NCBI GenBank assembly: GCA_052389415.1
Contig: JBQTHX010000043.1
Location: 1 to 20,870 of the forward strand
Origin: Nitrosopumilaceae archaeon
GTDB taxonomy: Archaea; Thermoproteota; Nitrososphaeria; Nitrososphaerales; Nitrosopumilaceae
DNA length: 20,870 nucleotides
Direction: 5' to 3'
The notes below the pieces were generated by a model, which was not told the origin of the DNA, did not search any database, and was given only the letters and a program-made list of their open reading frames with translations. The position numbers and the translations under genes were made by a program. Positions 1 to 8,887 of this stretch are shown piece after piece (within the stretch, counting starts at the first letter, position 1; each line of letters opens with the position of its first letter).

Positions 1-1
1 A

Positions 2-61
2 GGGCGTGTTACAAACTTTAAACTAACACTTGAGGAACGTCCCAACAACAACCAGCCATAG
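2..61 (+). CDS. 3' end of an upstream gene (partial), possibly an HtrA/trypsin-like PDZ protease C-terminus
   Basis: Open frame from the window edge reads GRVTNFKLTLEERPNNNQP*. The G..+.+TL.ERP pattern resembles the end of HtrA-type PDZ domains, but only 19 aa are visible. Confidence 0.35.
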   Translation, partial: GRVTNFKLTLEERPNNNQP

Positions 62-99
62 TACAAGCATAAATACTTCCCATTTAGGTATGTGAGGTA

Positions 100-1269
100 T
101 TGAGCAATCTTGTTTCAAATTATGAAGTGTTAAACAAATCGTTGGATGGTAATGACATATCAAAAGACGAGGCATATCAAATTTACCAAGAATTAGAGAA
201 AAATCCATCAGAAATTTATCACGTAGCTCAGATCCTAAGAAACCAAAACAAAGGAAAGACTGTCACCTATTCTAGAAAAGTTTTTTTTAATTTGATAAAT
301 CTTTGTAGGGACACATGCTCGTACTGCACTTACAAATCAGAGCCTGATCAGTCAAAGGTTTCATTGATGTCGAGACAAGATATTTCCAATCTTGTAGAAG
401 TGGGAAAGAAATACAGGTGCACTGAAGCATTATTTGTTACTGGAGAACGCCCTGAGCAGAAATATCAAGAAGCAAGAACGTGGCTTAAAGAGAATGGATT
501 TAGAAGCACTGTAGAATATCTTGTGCACGCTTCGGAAGTTTCTCTAAAAGCTGGACTTTTTCCACACACAAACGCTGGTAATCTAACCAAATCAGAAATG
601 AATGAGCTAAAAAAGACGAATGTTAGTCTCGGTTTGATGCTTGAAAATTCTAGTGATCGCCTTACTGAGGAAGGTATGCCACACCAATTTGCTCCAAGTA
701 AGAACCCCAAAGCAAGAATTCGTGTATTGGAAGATGCTGGAGAGCTCGGCATACCTATGACTACTGGAATACTCGTTGGTATAGGAGAGACTTCCATTGA
801 GGTTGTTGATTCACTATTTACAATAAAAAAAATTCATGAAAAGTTTGGACACATTCAAGAGATAATTTTGCAAAACTTTCAACCAAAGACTGATACAAAA
901 ATGAAAAATTTTCCTTCAGCTCAACAAGTCTATTTTAAAAACATGGTAGCACTTGCTAGAATAATAATGCCCAAGGCAAATTTGCAGATTCCGCCAAATC
1001 TTTCTCCTGATTCATATTCGGAGTTTCTTTCTGTCGGGATAAATGATTGGGGCGGAATATCTCCTATAACTCCCGATTATGTGAATCCAGAGTTTTCTTG
1101 GCCTCCTATTGAGATAGTTGAAAAAAATTGTGCAAATGCAGGATTTACCCTCAGGGCAAGACTCCCTGTATATCCAGAATTCATTTCATTTGTAGACAGA
1201 CATCTAATGGAAAGAATCTATGACATAGTAGATTCTGCAGGACTTGTAAAAAAGGAGTATCTGGCATGA
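100..1269 (+). CDS. cofG: 7,8-didemethyl-8-hydroxy-5-deazariboflavin (FO) synthase subunit CofG, radical SAM
   Basis: VTYSRKVF, CRDTCSYC (CxxxCxxC), EALFVTGERP, LFPHTNAG, QIPPNL and GINDWGGISPITPDYVNPE are typical CofG motifs. TTG start; overlaps cofH by 4 nt. Confidence 0.95.
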   Translation: MSNLVSNYEVLNKSLDGNDISKDEAYQIYQELEKNPSEIYHVAQILRNQNKGKTVTYSRKVFFNLINLCRDTCSYCTYKSEPDQSKVSLMSRQDISNLVEVGKKYRCTEALFVTGERPEQKYQEARTWLKENGFRSTVEYLVHASEVSLKAGLFPHTNAGNLTKSEMNELKKTNVSLGLMLENSSDRLTEEGMPHQFAPSKNPKARIRVLEDAGELGIPMTTGILVGIGETSIEVVDSLFTIKKIHEKFGHIQEIILQNFQPKTDTKMKNFPSAQQVYFKNMVALARIIMPKANLQIPPNLSPDSYSEFLSVGINDWGGISPITPDYVNPEFSWPPIEIVEKNCANAGFTLRARLPVYPEFISFVDRHLMERIYDIVDSAGLVKKEYLA

Positions 1270-2525
1270 CACTGCAGACATCATCTTTTGATTATTTCTT
1301 AAGACAGGCCGATCCTATAATAGCATCTACATTAGACAGAGCTCTCTCGGAAAAAGAAATCTCGGCAGAAGAAGCCGCTGTACTTTTTTATGCAAAAGGC
1401 ATCGACTTTCATCTAATCGGAATAGTTGCAGACGAATTAAGAAAAAGAAGAGCAGGTGATAATGTCACTTATGTCATAAATAGAAATATCAACTTTACAA
1501 ATGTCTGTATCAAGCAATGTGGTTTTTGTGCTTTTAGTAGAGATTTTCGTGAAGAGGAAGGATATTTTTTGCCTATTGAGGAAATAGTCAGGAGAGCAAA
1601 GGAGGCCAGAGACCTTGGAGCATCAGAAGTTTGTGTGCAAGCAGGTTTGCCGCCAGACATGGAACCTGATACTTACGAAAAAATTTGTAGCGCAATAAAA
1701 AAAGAAATTCCAGACATTCACATTCATGGATTTTCTCCCGAAGAAGTGCTTTATGGAGCAACAAGATCTGAGATTTCAATAAAAGAATATTTGCTGAAAT
1801 TAAAAGAGGCTGGAGTAGGCTCCCTGCCTGGAACCGCCGCAGAAATTTTAGACCAAAAAATGCGAGACAGGATTTCCCCTGGAAGAATTAGTGTCAAAAA
1901 CTGGATCGAAGTTATCAAGACAGCGCACAAACTTGGAATCCCCTCTACCTCTACAATCATGTTTGGGCATTTAGAAACTCCAGAGGATAGAACTAGACAC
2001 ATTGCACTAATACGTGAGATTCAAAAAGAAACAGGAGGCTTCACCGAATTTGTGCCTTTAAGTTTCATACATACGGAAGCTCCGATGTACAAGCATGATC
2101 TTCATGAAGGAATAAGGGGCGGAGCTAACGGCAAGGATGTTCTTTTGATGCATGCCGTATCAAGAATAATGTTAAACAATTTCATAAATAACATCCAAAT
2201 TTCATGGGTGAAAGAAGGCGGCAACATGTCACAACTTTTGCTTGCGTGGGGCGCAAATGATTTTGGTGGAACATTAATTAATGAAAGTATATCCACTGCC
2301 GCAGGTGCAACCCACGGTCAGCTTTTAAGACCAAGACAAATTAGAAATTTCATTAGACAAATAGGAAGAATCCCTGCCCAAAGAAATACACTTTACAAGA
2401 TAGTCCAAACATATGAATCTGAAAAAGAGGACGTTTTGGATACAATTGATGACACATCGCAATTTGGTTCTTATCAGGAATTGATAAAATTAGGCAAGTA
2501 TAGATTCAAAAGCAATAGGCGATAA
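1266..2525 (+). CDS. cofH: FO synthase subunit CofH, radical SAM
   Basis: VTYVINRNINFTNVCIKQCGFCAF, SLPGTAAEIL, TGGFTEFVPL, NIQISWVK and GANDFGGTLINESIS; adjacent to cofG. Confidence 0.95.
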   Translation: MTLQTSSFDYFLRQADPIIASTLDRALSEKEISAEEAAVLFYAKGIDFHLIGIVADELRKRRAGDNVTYVINRNINFTNVCIKQCGFCAFSRDFREEEGYFLPIEEIVRRAKEARDLGASEVCVQAGLPPDMEPDTYEKICSAIKKEIPDIHIHGFSPEEVLYGATRSEISIKEYLLKLKEAGVGSLPGTAAEILDQKMRDRISPGRISVKNWIEVIKTAHKLGIPSTSTIMFGHLETPEDRTRHIALIREIQKETGGFTEFVPLSFIHTEAPMYKHDLHEGIRGGANGKDVLLMHAVSRIMLNNFINNIQISWVKEGGNMSQLLLAWGANDFGGTLINESISTAAGATHGQLLRPRQIRNFIRQIGRIPAQRNTLYKIVQTYESEKEDVLDTIDDTSQFGSYQELIKLGKYRFKSNRR

Positions 2526-2528
2526 TAC

Positions 2529-3887
2529 TTGTCTGCCTGTGATACAGCGCTTTCAAAAGCTAAAGCATTACACATTGATGAATGCGAGACATTCTTGTCA
2601 GAAAGAAAGATAATTACGGTCAGAATTACAGACTCGGAAATAGCTGAGATAAAGCAAAATCAAGAAAAATCTCTTGCCATAAGAATAATACACCAAAAAA
2701 GAATCGGTTCTGCCACTACATCAAATCTAGAGAAAAACGATGCAATAGAATCAGCATTGAAATCAACTTCACTAGTAAAACCCAAAAATTACTGGAGATC
2801 TTTACCTCAAGGAGCAAAGTTTCCTTTGCTACAGGGAGTGTGCGACAAGAAAATTGAAAATATTTCTGGAAACCAGGCTATAGATCTTGCTAATACCATG
2901 ATTAACTCTGCAACAAATGACAAAAGAGTGACAGCTGTATCTGGTTCACTGAATCTAGTTTTTGAAAAAATTAAAATTATAAACAATAATGGTTTGGATT
3001 GTGAAGATGAAGCTTCCTATATTGCTGGTACCATAAATGCGGAATCTACTACAGGAAGTTCTCCGGTAAGTGGCATTGGAGACATGTCTTCAAGAACGAT
3101 GAACGGATTCAATGCTGAATTGGTAGGTAGAGAAGCGTCGGAAATGTGTGTAGGATCGATAAATCCGGAAACATGTGAGCCAGAAATATACAGTATCATT
3201 TTCGAGCCATATGCAATAGGAGAGATGCTTGCATATGTTTTTGCGCCAAACTTTAATCTCAAAACATATTCAGAAAAAAGAAGCTGCTTTGCAGATAAGA
3301 TTGGTGAAAAAATAGCCGATGAAAGTTTTAGTCTAGTTGATGACCCACATCGTCCTGAAGGCATTGGAAGTAAACCATTTGATGATGAGGGAACGTTAAC
3401 CATCCCAAGACCCCTAATAAACAGAGGAATTTTTTCAGGTACATTTTCCGATTCTTTTTATGCTTTCAAAGAAGACCAAGAAACCACTGGTAATGCAAGC
3501 AGAGCCGGGTCACCAGTGGGTAGATCAGCTCAGCCAATTCCATTTCCAGCCCCCCATAATCTCATGGTGAGTGGACATGGAACTTCAAAGGAAGATATGA
3601 TAAAAGACACAAAAAAAGGATTGCTTGTTGGAAGGCTATGGTATACTTATGCGGTAAATCCAGAACAAGGAGATTTTTCTTGTACAGCTAGAAGCGGAAT
3701 AAGAATAATAGAAAATGGGAGAATCAAGAGTCCTGGTAAATCGGTTCGTATTGTTCATAACCTTCCTATATTACTTCAAAATATTACATCGATGGGAAAT
3801 GACACCAGAAATGTTTTGAACTGGCATTCACTTCCCACGGTCACGCCATCAGTAAAAGTAGACGGAATTAGGGTAACTTTGATCTAG
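2529..3887 (+). CDS. TldD/PmbA family protein (PmbA/TldE-like)
   Basis: DDPHRPEGIGSKPFDDEG, TTGNA, NPEQGDFS and IENG motifs. No HExxxH zinc motif, so it is the non-catalytic PmbA-like type. Confidence 0.88.
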   Translation: MSACDTALSKAKALHIDECETFLSERKIITVRITDSEIAEIKQNQEKSLAIRIIHQKRIGSATTSNLEKNDAIESALKSTSLVKPKNYWRSLPQGAKFPLLQGVCDKKIENISGNQAIDLANTMINSATNDKRVTAVSGSLNLVFEKIKIINNNGLDCEDEASYIAGTINAESTTGSSPVSGIGDMSSRTMNGFNAELVGREASEMCVGSINPETCEPEIYSIIFEPYAIGEMLAYVFAPNFNLKTYSEKRSCFADKIGEKIADESFSLVDDPHRPEGIGSKPFDDEGTLTIPRPLINRGIFSGTFSDSFYAFKEDQETTGNASRAGSPVGRSAQPIPFPAPHNLMVSGHGTSKEDMIKDTKKGLLVGRLWYTYAVNPEQGDFSCTARSGIRIIENGRIKSPGKSVRIVHNLPILLQNITSMGNDTRNVLNWHSLPTVTPSVKVDGIRVTLI

Positions 3888-4888
3888 AGGCTAGGAAGTA
3901 TTGACTGTACTCCTATTCCAATGATATACAAGATTAAAAGCATAAGACCACTTTTCAATCCCAATTTGTTTTTTAGTATAGGTATAATTGCAACAAGTGT
4001 TATCACGGTAACCAGTATCATTTGATATTCCAAGAGTGGAGTACTTGGAATTCTTTCAGTGAATCCACGAAATGATATTGCACCAAAAACTGCAATTGCT
4101 AAAAGGAGTGTATTGTTTAAAATTTTTGAACCAAGTACGTTTGCTACTGCAATCGATGCACCAGTCGCGCCTTTTCTTGCTAGGATCATCATAGATATTT
4201 TTTCTGGCATCTCTCCTGCAATTGGTGCGATTATGATTGCCAAGACAACCACAGAGATTCCGCTTTCTATTGCCACCCCTTCCAGCGAATGAACAAATGG
4301 TTCTGCACCTATGAATATACCAGCAGTCCCAGCTGCAAAGATCAAGAGTGAGCGAATAAAGTGCTTTTTGGATTTCTTTACTGTATGCCCTTCATATACT
4401 CCATTTTCTAGTTTTTCGGCCTTTTCGTGTTTTATCTCACGGAATGCAAGGTAAAGATATACTGCAAACATGGCAGAAAATATTATTCCATCAATAATTT
4501 CGAAACCATCAATAAACATTATCGCTCCAGCTATTGCTGTCACTACAAGCAGTATAGTATCAAGCTTGAATTGTTTAACATCAATATACTTCATGGGTGC
4601 TTTTGAGAGTCTGGTTGTTGCAATGATCAACATTATTGCCAAACCTAGTGTCATCATCAAAAGATTGCTTCCAAGTGCGGCACTTATTGCAGTATCATAG
4701 GACCCAACCTTTGCGGCATATGCAACAATAGCAATTTCTGGCAGTGTGGTAGCAATGCTTAGCAATGTCCTACCTACAAACCTGGCGCCCCATCTTTCTG
4801 CAAGATGTTCCGCACCATATGACAAGACCCAGCTTGCAAAGATAAGTTCGGCCAGCCAGCCTAACATTAAAGGTAAACTTTCTGCCAT
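3884..4888 (-). CDS. Sodium:calcium antiporter (CaCA family)
   Basis: About 10 hydrophobic segments in two repeats, with alpha-repeat motifs ATTLPE...ALGSN and AGEMPE...VLGSKILN. Confidence 0.85.
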   Translation of the reverse strand: MAESLPLMLGWLAELIFASWVLSYGAEHLAERWGARFVGRTLLSIATTLPEIAIVAYAAKVGSYDTAISAALGSNLLMMTLGLAIMLIIATTRLSKAPMKYIDVKQFKLDTILLVVTAIAGAIMFIDGFEIIDGIIFSAMFAVYLYLAFREIKHEKAEKLENGVYEGHTVKKSKKHFIRSLLIFAAGTAGIFIGAEPFVHSLEGVAIESGISVVVLAIIIAPIAGEMPEKISMMILARKGATGASIAVANVLGSKILNNTLLLAIAVFGAISFRGFTERIPSTPLLEYQMILVTVITLVAIIPILKNKLGLKSGLMLLILYIIGIGVQSILPSL

Positions 4889-4937
4889 TTGCTACTCTCT
4901 AATTTATCAACACATTATAAGCCAATATTTTTGGCAA

Positions 4938-5198
4938 TCATTGATCCTTTACAATTATCATAGTGAGGGTAGATTTGACACCATCTAATTTTCTTATCTT
5001 TGTCGTGATTGTTTCACGCAAGGTCTCCATGGATTCTGCCTCAATTTCCATCAGTATGTCGTATACACCATATACGCCATACACTTCCTTGACATGAGGA
5101 ATCTGCCTTAGCTCCTTTACAAGTTTATTTTCTGTACCTAGTTCTGCATTCATCAGAACAAATGCACTATGCATATCAAGCATTTCTGCGACTAGCAT
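4938..5198 (-). CDS. Stand-alone Lrp/AsnC ligand-binding (RAM) domain protein
   Basis: AFVLMNAELG...VYGVYDI...IRKLDGVKSTLT is the typical pattern. The real start may be the ATG at 5174. Confidence 0.88.
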   Translation of the reverse strand: MLVAEMLDMHSAFVLMNAELGTENKLVKELRQIPHVKEVYGVYGVYDILMEIEAESMETLRETITTKIRKLDGVKSTLTMIIVKDQ

Positions 5199-5275
5199 AA
5201 AAACAAATTGTATTTGTTGAAAAAAAGATCATATCAAGCTCAAAAAAGTTTCAAGTTAAAGTTAATAAGGTAAGA

Positions 5276-5293
5276 TACCGTACCATTACGGTA
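5276..5293. promoter_or_regulatory. Palindromic operator candidate TACCGTA-ccat-TACGGTA
   Basis: Perfect 7-bp inverted repeat between a TTAATAA box (about 5262-5268) and the ATG of the wHTH gene at 5296. Confidence 0.55.
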
Positions 5294-5295
5294 AT

Positions 5296-5640
5296 ATGAA
5301 AACCCGTATGACTTACATACCATTAGAGGTTGCAGAGCAATTCTCAGACTTTATCATAAGCAAAGACGAACAGGTATTGGATTCTGTCAAAGCCAGAACA
5401 CGAGATTTTAGTACAATTTCGCTACTAAAACTACTATACCAGTTAAGGTACAACCCTATGACCTTCTCAGATCTTTATACAAAATCCAACATTAGAATGA
5501 AAAAGTCATTTTTGAATTACCTGCACCTTTGTGTAAAGTATAATTTTATCACAAAAATGGCTGCTGGATCAAATATGATTTATTCTATAACGGACAAGGG
5601 CAAAACTATGCTTGATCTATTTGTTCAACAAAACAATTAG
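5296..5640 (+). CDS. Winged helix-turn-helix transcriptional regulator
   Basis: PMTFSDLY...SFLNYL...wing YSITDKGKTML is an archaeal wHTH pattern. Confidence 0.75.
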   Translation: MKTRMTYIPLEVAEQFSDFIISKDEQVLDSVKARTRDFSTISLLKLLYQLRYNPMTFSDLYTKSNIRMKKSFLNYLHLCVKYNFITKMAAGSNMIYSITDKGKTMLDLFVQQNN

Positions 5641-5688
5641 AAGATGGTCTAAGAACAAGATACCATTCCGTGGATGACTAGATCGATT

Positions 5689-6051
5689 CTATTTGGTAAA
5701 TTTTGATTGTGCTTTAAGATACTCGGCCACTTTACCAAAAATGTCATTTACACTAATATCTATGAAATTGATGGTTCCGTCATCTTTAACAATCTGTTTT
5801 TCAAATTTTTCTTTGATAGCAAAGATAACAGAGGACCAATGAAGCACTCCCTTTAATTTTTCTTGTACTATGGTGTCAGTATCTGGAAAATGAAATGGTT
5901 GAAAGACAACTCCATTCGCCCAGTTCATAGTGGGGATTCCTCCGCCAACAGATTTGCTACCAAAAGTAATTTGTTTTAACCAGTCTTCAAATCTATATTC
6001 AATTACTTCATGAATGACAAGCTTTTTCCATGGTTCGATTATTATTTCCAA
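5689..6051 (-). CDS. Conserved archaeal hypothetical protein
   Basis: 120-aa ORF with natural composition (EPWKKLVIHEV, NWANGVVF); TTG start. Confidence 0.7.
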   Translation of the reverse strand: MEIIIEPWKKLVIHEVIEYRFEDWLKQITFGSKSVGGGIPTMNWANGVVFQPFHFPDTDTIVQEKLKGVLHWSSVIFAIKEKFEKQIVKDDGTINFIDISVNDIFGKVAEYLKAQSKFTK

Positions 6052-6202
6052 ATATTATCTCCCTTTAACTTTTGTAGAGCAGCATCACATTATTTCTATC
6101 TTACATACGCTTATTCATGTATGATATGTTATATATTATTTATTATCATTAATCTTTAGTACATACAAATTCTTTTATTTAAAAACTATCGAATCTGAGA
6201 CA

Positions 6203-7225
6203 TTGGGAATCACATACAAGGATGCAGGAATTGACATTAAAAAAATAAAAAAAAGCCAGGCGGTGATCGGTAGACTAGTCTCATCTACTCACAAGATACA
6301 AAAAAAAGCAAAAATTACTTCAGGATTTGGTCATTATGCGGGAATTGTAGAGATCCCAGGAGGAAAACTTGTTGCAACACATACCGATGGAGTAGGTACC
6401 AAAGTAATCATATCGCAATTAATGAAAAGATACGACACCATTGGAATCGACTGTGTTGCAATGAATGTCAATGACATTATATGTATTGGTGCTACGCCAA
6501 TATCATTTGTAGATTATATTGCCGCAAATCAAAACAATCAAGAAATTTTTAAAAAAATTGTGCAAGGCTTGGTAAAAGGAGCAAAAAAAGCAGAAGTGCC
6601 TATAGTTGGCGGCGAGACTGCCATAATGCCAGATGTCATTTCAGGAAAAGAGTTTTCGTTTGATCTTGCTGGAATGGTTGTTGGGATTCTTTCAAAAAAC
6701 CAGATGGTTCTTGGGGATATGATAACACCGGGGGACATCATAATAGGAGTAAAAAGTAGCGGATTGCATTCAAATGGATATTCACTAGCAAGAAAGATCC
6801 TTCTTTCAAAACATTCAGTAAAAGATAGGATAAGAGGGATTGGAACAATTGGTGATGCTCTTTTAACACCAACCGAGATTTACGTAAAGCCAGTTCTTGA
6901 AGCTCTTGAAGAATGTGACATACACGGACTTGCTCATATCACAGGTGGTTCTTTTACCAAATTATTACGTCTTAAGAAAACTGGTTATTTGCTTGACAAC
7001 ATGCCAGAGCCACCAGAGATATTCCAAGTGATCGAAAACGAGAATGTAGAAAAGTCAGAGATGTACAAGACCTTCAACATGGGAATCGGGTTTTGCCTTG
7101 TTGCTCCTGAGGAAGATGGGGAATACATAGACGAGATATTCAAAAAACATGGCTTGAGGAGTAGACAAATTGGCTCGATAATAGAGAAAAAGGGAGTATT
7201 TGTCGATTCACTTAGAATCGCATAA
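6203..7225 (+). CDS. purM: Phosphoribosylformylglycinamidine cyclo-ligase (AIR synthetase)
   Basis: TYKDAGID, TDGVGTK, GIDCVAMNVND, GGETAIMP, SSGLHSNGYSL, AHITGG and TFNMGIG. Confidence 0.97.
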   Translation: MGITYKDAGIDIKKIKKSQAVIGRLVSSTHKIQKKAKITSGFGHYAGIVEIPGGKLVATHTDGVGTKVIISQLMKRYDTIGIDCVAMNVNDIICIGATPISFVDYIAANQNNQEIFKKIVQGLVKGAKKAEVPIVGGETAIMPDVISGKEFSFDLAGMVVGILSKNQMVLGDMITPGDIIIGVKSSGLHSNGYSLARKILLSKHSVKDRIRGIGTIGDALLTPTEIYVKPVLEALEECDIHGLAHITGGSFTKLLRLKKTGYLLDNMPEPPEIFQVIENENVEKSEMYKTFNMGIGFCLVAPEEDGEYIDEIFKKHGLRSRQIGSIIEKKGVFVDSLRIA

Positions 7226-7301
7226 AAATTCAAGTTTGAAAAGTGGTTTAGCATTATTGTCGTTTAAAGGATTTAATACCCAATTTTGGTCCTAAAAAAT
7301 A

Positions 7302-8885
7302 ATGCAAAAAGCAAAAACGACCTTTGAGGATGCCTGTAACGAGATTTCTAAAAATCTTTTAGCAATGGATAATCCAACAAGAAATGATGTAAAAAAAGAG
7401 ATCAAAAAAATTTGTGTCAAATATTCCCTTGAAAGAATTCCAAGAAATTATGAGATATTATCTGAAGTTCATGGTACGGAATTTATGAAATTACAAAAAG
7501 CATTGATACGAAAACCTGTAAAAACAGCTTCAGGTGTTGCAGTAATAGCTCTTATGCCAAAACCTTATGCTTGTCCCCACGGGAGATGCACCTACTGTCC
7601 AGGCGGAATAGAGTACAACTCCCCAAATAGTTACACCGGAAGAGAACCATCCACGCAAAATGCAATAGAAAACAATTATGATCCGAAAAAACAGATACTG
7701 GACAAGCTTGCAAAATTGCAGGCATATGGTCATGACAGATCAAAGCTTGAGCTTGTTATAGTGGGTGGAACGTTCCTTTTCATGCCACAAGAATATCAAC
7801 ATGGTTTCATAAAATCATGCTATGACGCAATAAATGGGAAAGATTCGCAAGATTTAGAATCTGCAAAAAAAACCAATGAGCTGGCAAAGATAAGAAGTGT
7901 TGGTTTTACTCTAGAGACCAAGCCAGATTATTGCAAAAAACAACATGTCGATTGGATGTTAGATTATGGGATTACGCGAGTCGAGATAGGAGTGCAAAGC
8001 CTTCATGAGAGAGTATATGAAATTGTCAATCGCGGCCATTCCCTTCATGATGTTATAGAATCATTTCAAATAGCAAAAGATGCAGGTTACAAGATTGTTT
8101 CTCATATGATGCCAGGTCTTCCTACAATGAGTCCAGAAGAAGACATTTCTGATTTTAAAAAACTGTTTGAAGATCCATCGCTCAGGCCAGACATGCTAAA
8201 GATTTATCCAACACTTGTTCTTCAAGGAACGCCACTTTACCAATCTTACAAAGAGGGGAAGTATGTCCCATATTCTGATCAGGATATGATTAAAGTTCTG
8301 ACAGAGATCAAGAAAATTATTCCAAGATGGGTAAGAATAATGAGAATGCAACGAGAAATTTCATCAGATCAGATAATTGCTGGACCAAAGCTTGGAAACC
8401 TGCGTCAGATTGTTCAAGGAAATCTAAAAAAACTAAACCTGTCTTGTAAATGCATAAGATGCAGAGAGGCAGGATTGTCAGAAAACGAGATCAACGTTGG
8501 TGACATAAAACTAAATAGAGAAAACTACGAGTCATCAGGAGGCCAGGAGGTCTTTTTGTCGTATGACGACACGCAAGACCGGATTTTTGGATTTTTAAGA
8601 TTACGAAAGCCTAGCAAACAAGCACATAGAAAAGAAGTAACACAAGATACTTGCATTGTAAGAGAGCTTCATGTGTTTGGCAAATCCTTGAAGCTGGGTG
8701 AGCGAGATAATGAAAGCATTCAACACATGGGATTAGGTAAGAATCTCATGGCACATGCAGAAAAAATCTCTAAAGAAGAATTTGATGCTAAAAGATTACT
8801 TGTAATAAGCGCAGTTGGTACTAGAGAATATTACAGAAAGATTGGGTATTCTCTTTTAGGGCCGTACATGTCAAAGGAATTATAA
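7302..8885 (+). CDS. elp3: Elp3 tRNA uridine(34) acetyltransferase (radical SAM + GNAT)
   Basis: KPVKTASGVAV, CPHGRCTYCPGG, GGTF, ETKPD, LKIYPT, VRELHVFG, QHMGLG and ISAVGTREYYRKIGY. Confidence 0.95.
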   Translation: MQKAKTTFEDACNEISKNLLAMDNPTRNDVKKEIKKICVKYSLERIPRNYEILSEVHGTEFMKLQKALIRKPVKTASGVAVIALMPKPYACPHGRCTYCPGGIEYNSPNSYTGREPSTQNAIENNYDPKKQILDKLAKLQAYGHDRSKLELVIVGGTFLFMPQEYQHGFIKSCYDAINGKDSQDLESAKKTNELAKIRSVGFTLETKPDYCKKQHVDWMLDYGITRVEIGVQSLHERVYEIVNRGHSLHDVIESFQIAKDAGYKIVSHMMPGLPTMSPEEDISDFKKLFEDPSLRPDMLKIYPTLVLQGTPLYQSYKEGKYVPYSDQDMIKVLTEIKKIIPRWVRIMRMQREISSDQIIAGPKLGNLRQIVQGNLKKLNLSCKCIRCREAGLSENEINVGDIKLNRENYESSGGQEVFLSYDDTQDRIFGFLRLRKPSKQAHRKEVTQDTCIVRELHVFGKSLKLGERDNESIQHMGLGKNLMAHAEKISKEEFDAKRLLVISAVGTREYYRKIGYSLLGPYMSKEL

Positions 8886-8887
8886 CA

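Noticed and set aside
100-3887. Radical SAM genes plus TldD/PmbA as a RiPP cluster
   Set aside because: The radical SAM enzymes are clearly CofG/CofH, there is no adjacent precursor peptide, and the PmbA-like protein lacks the catalytic motif.
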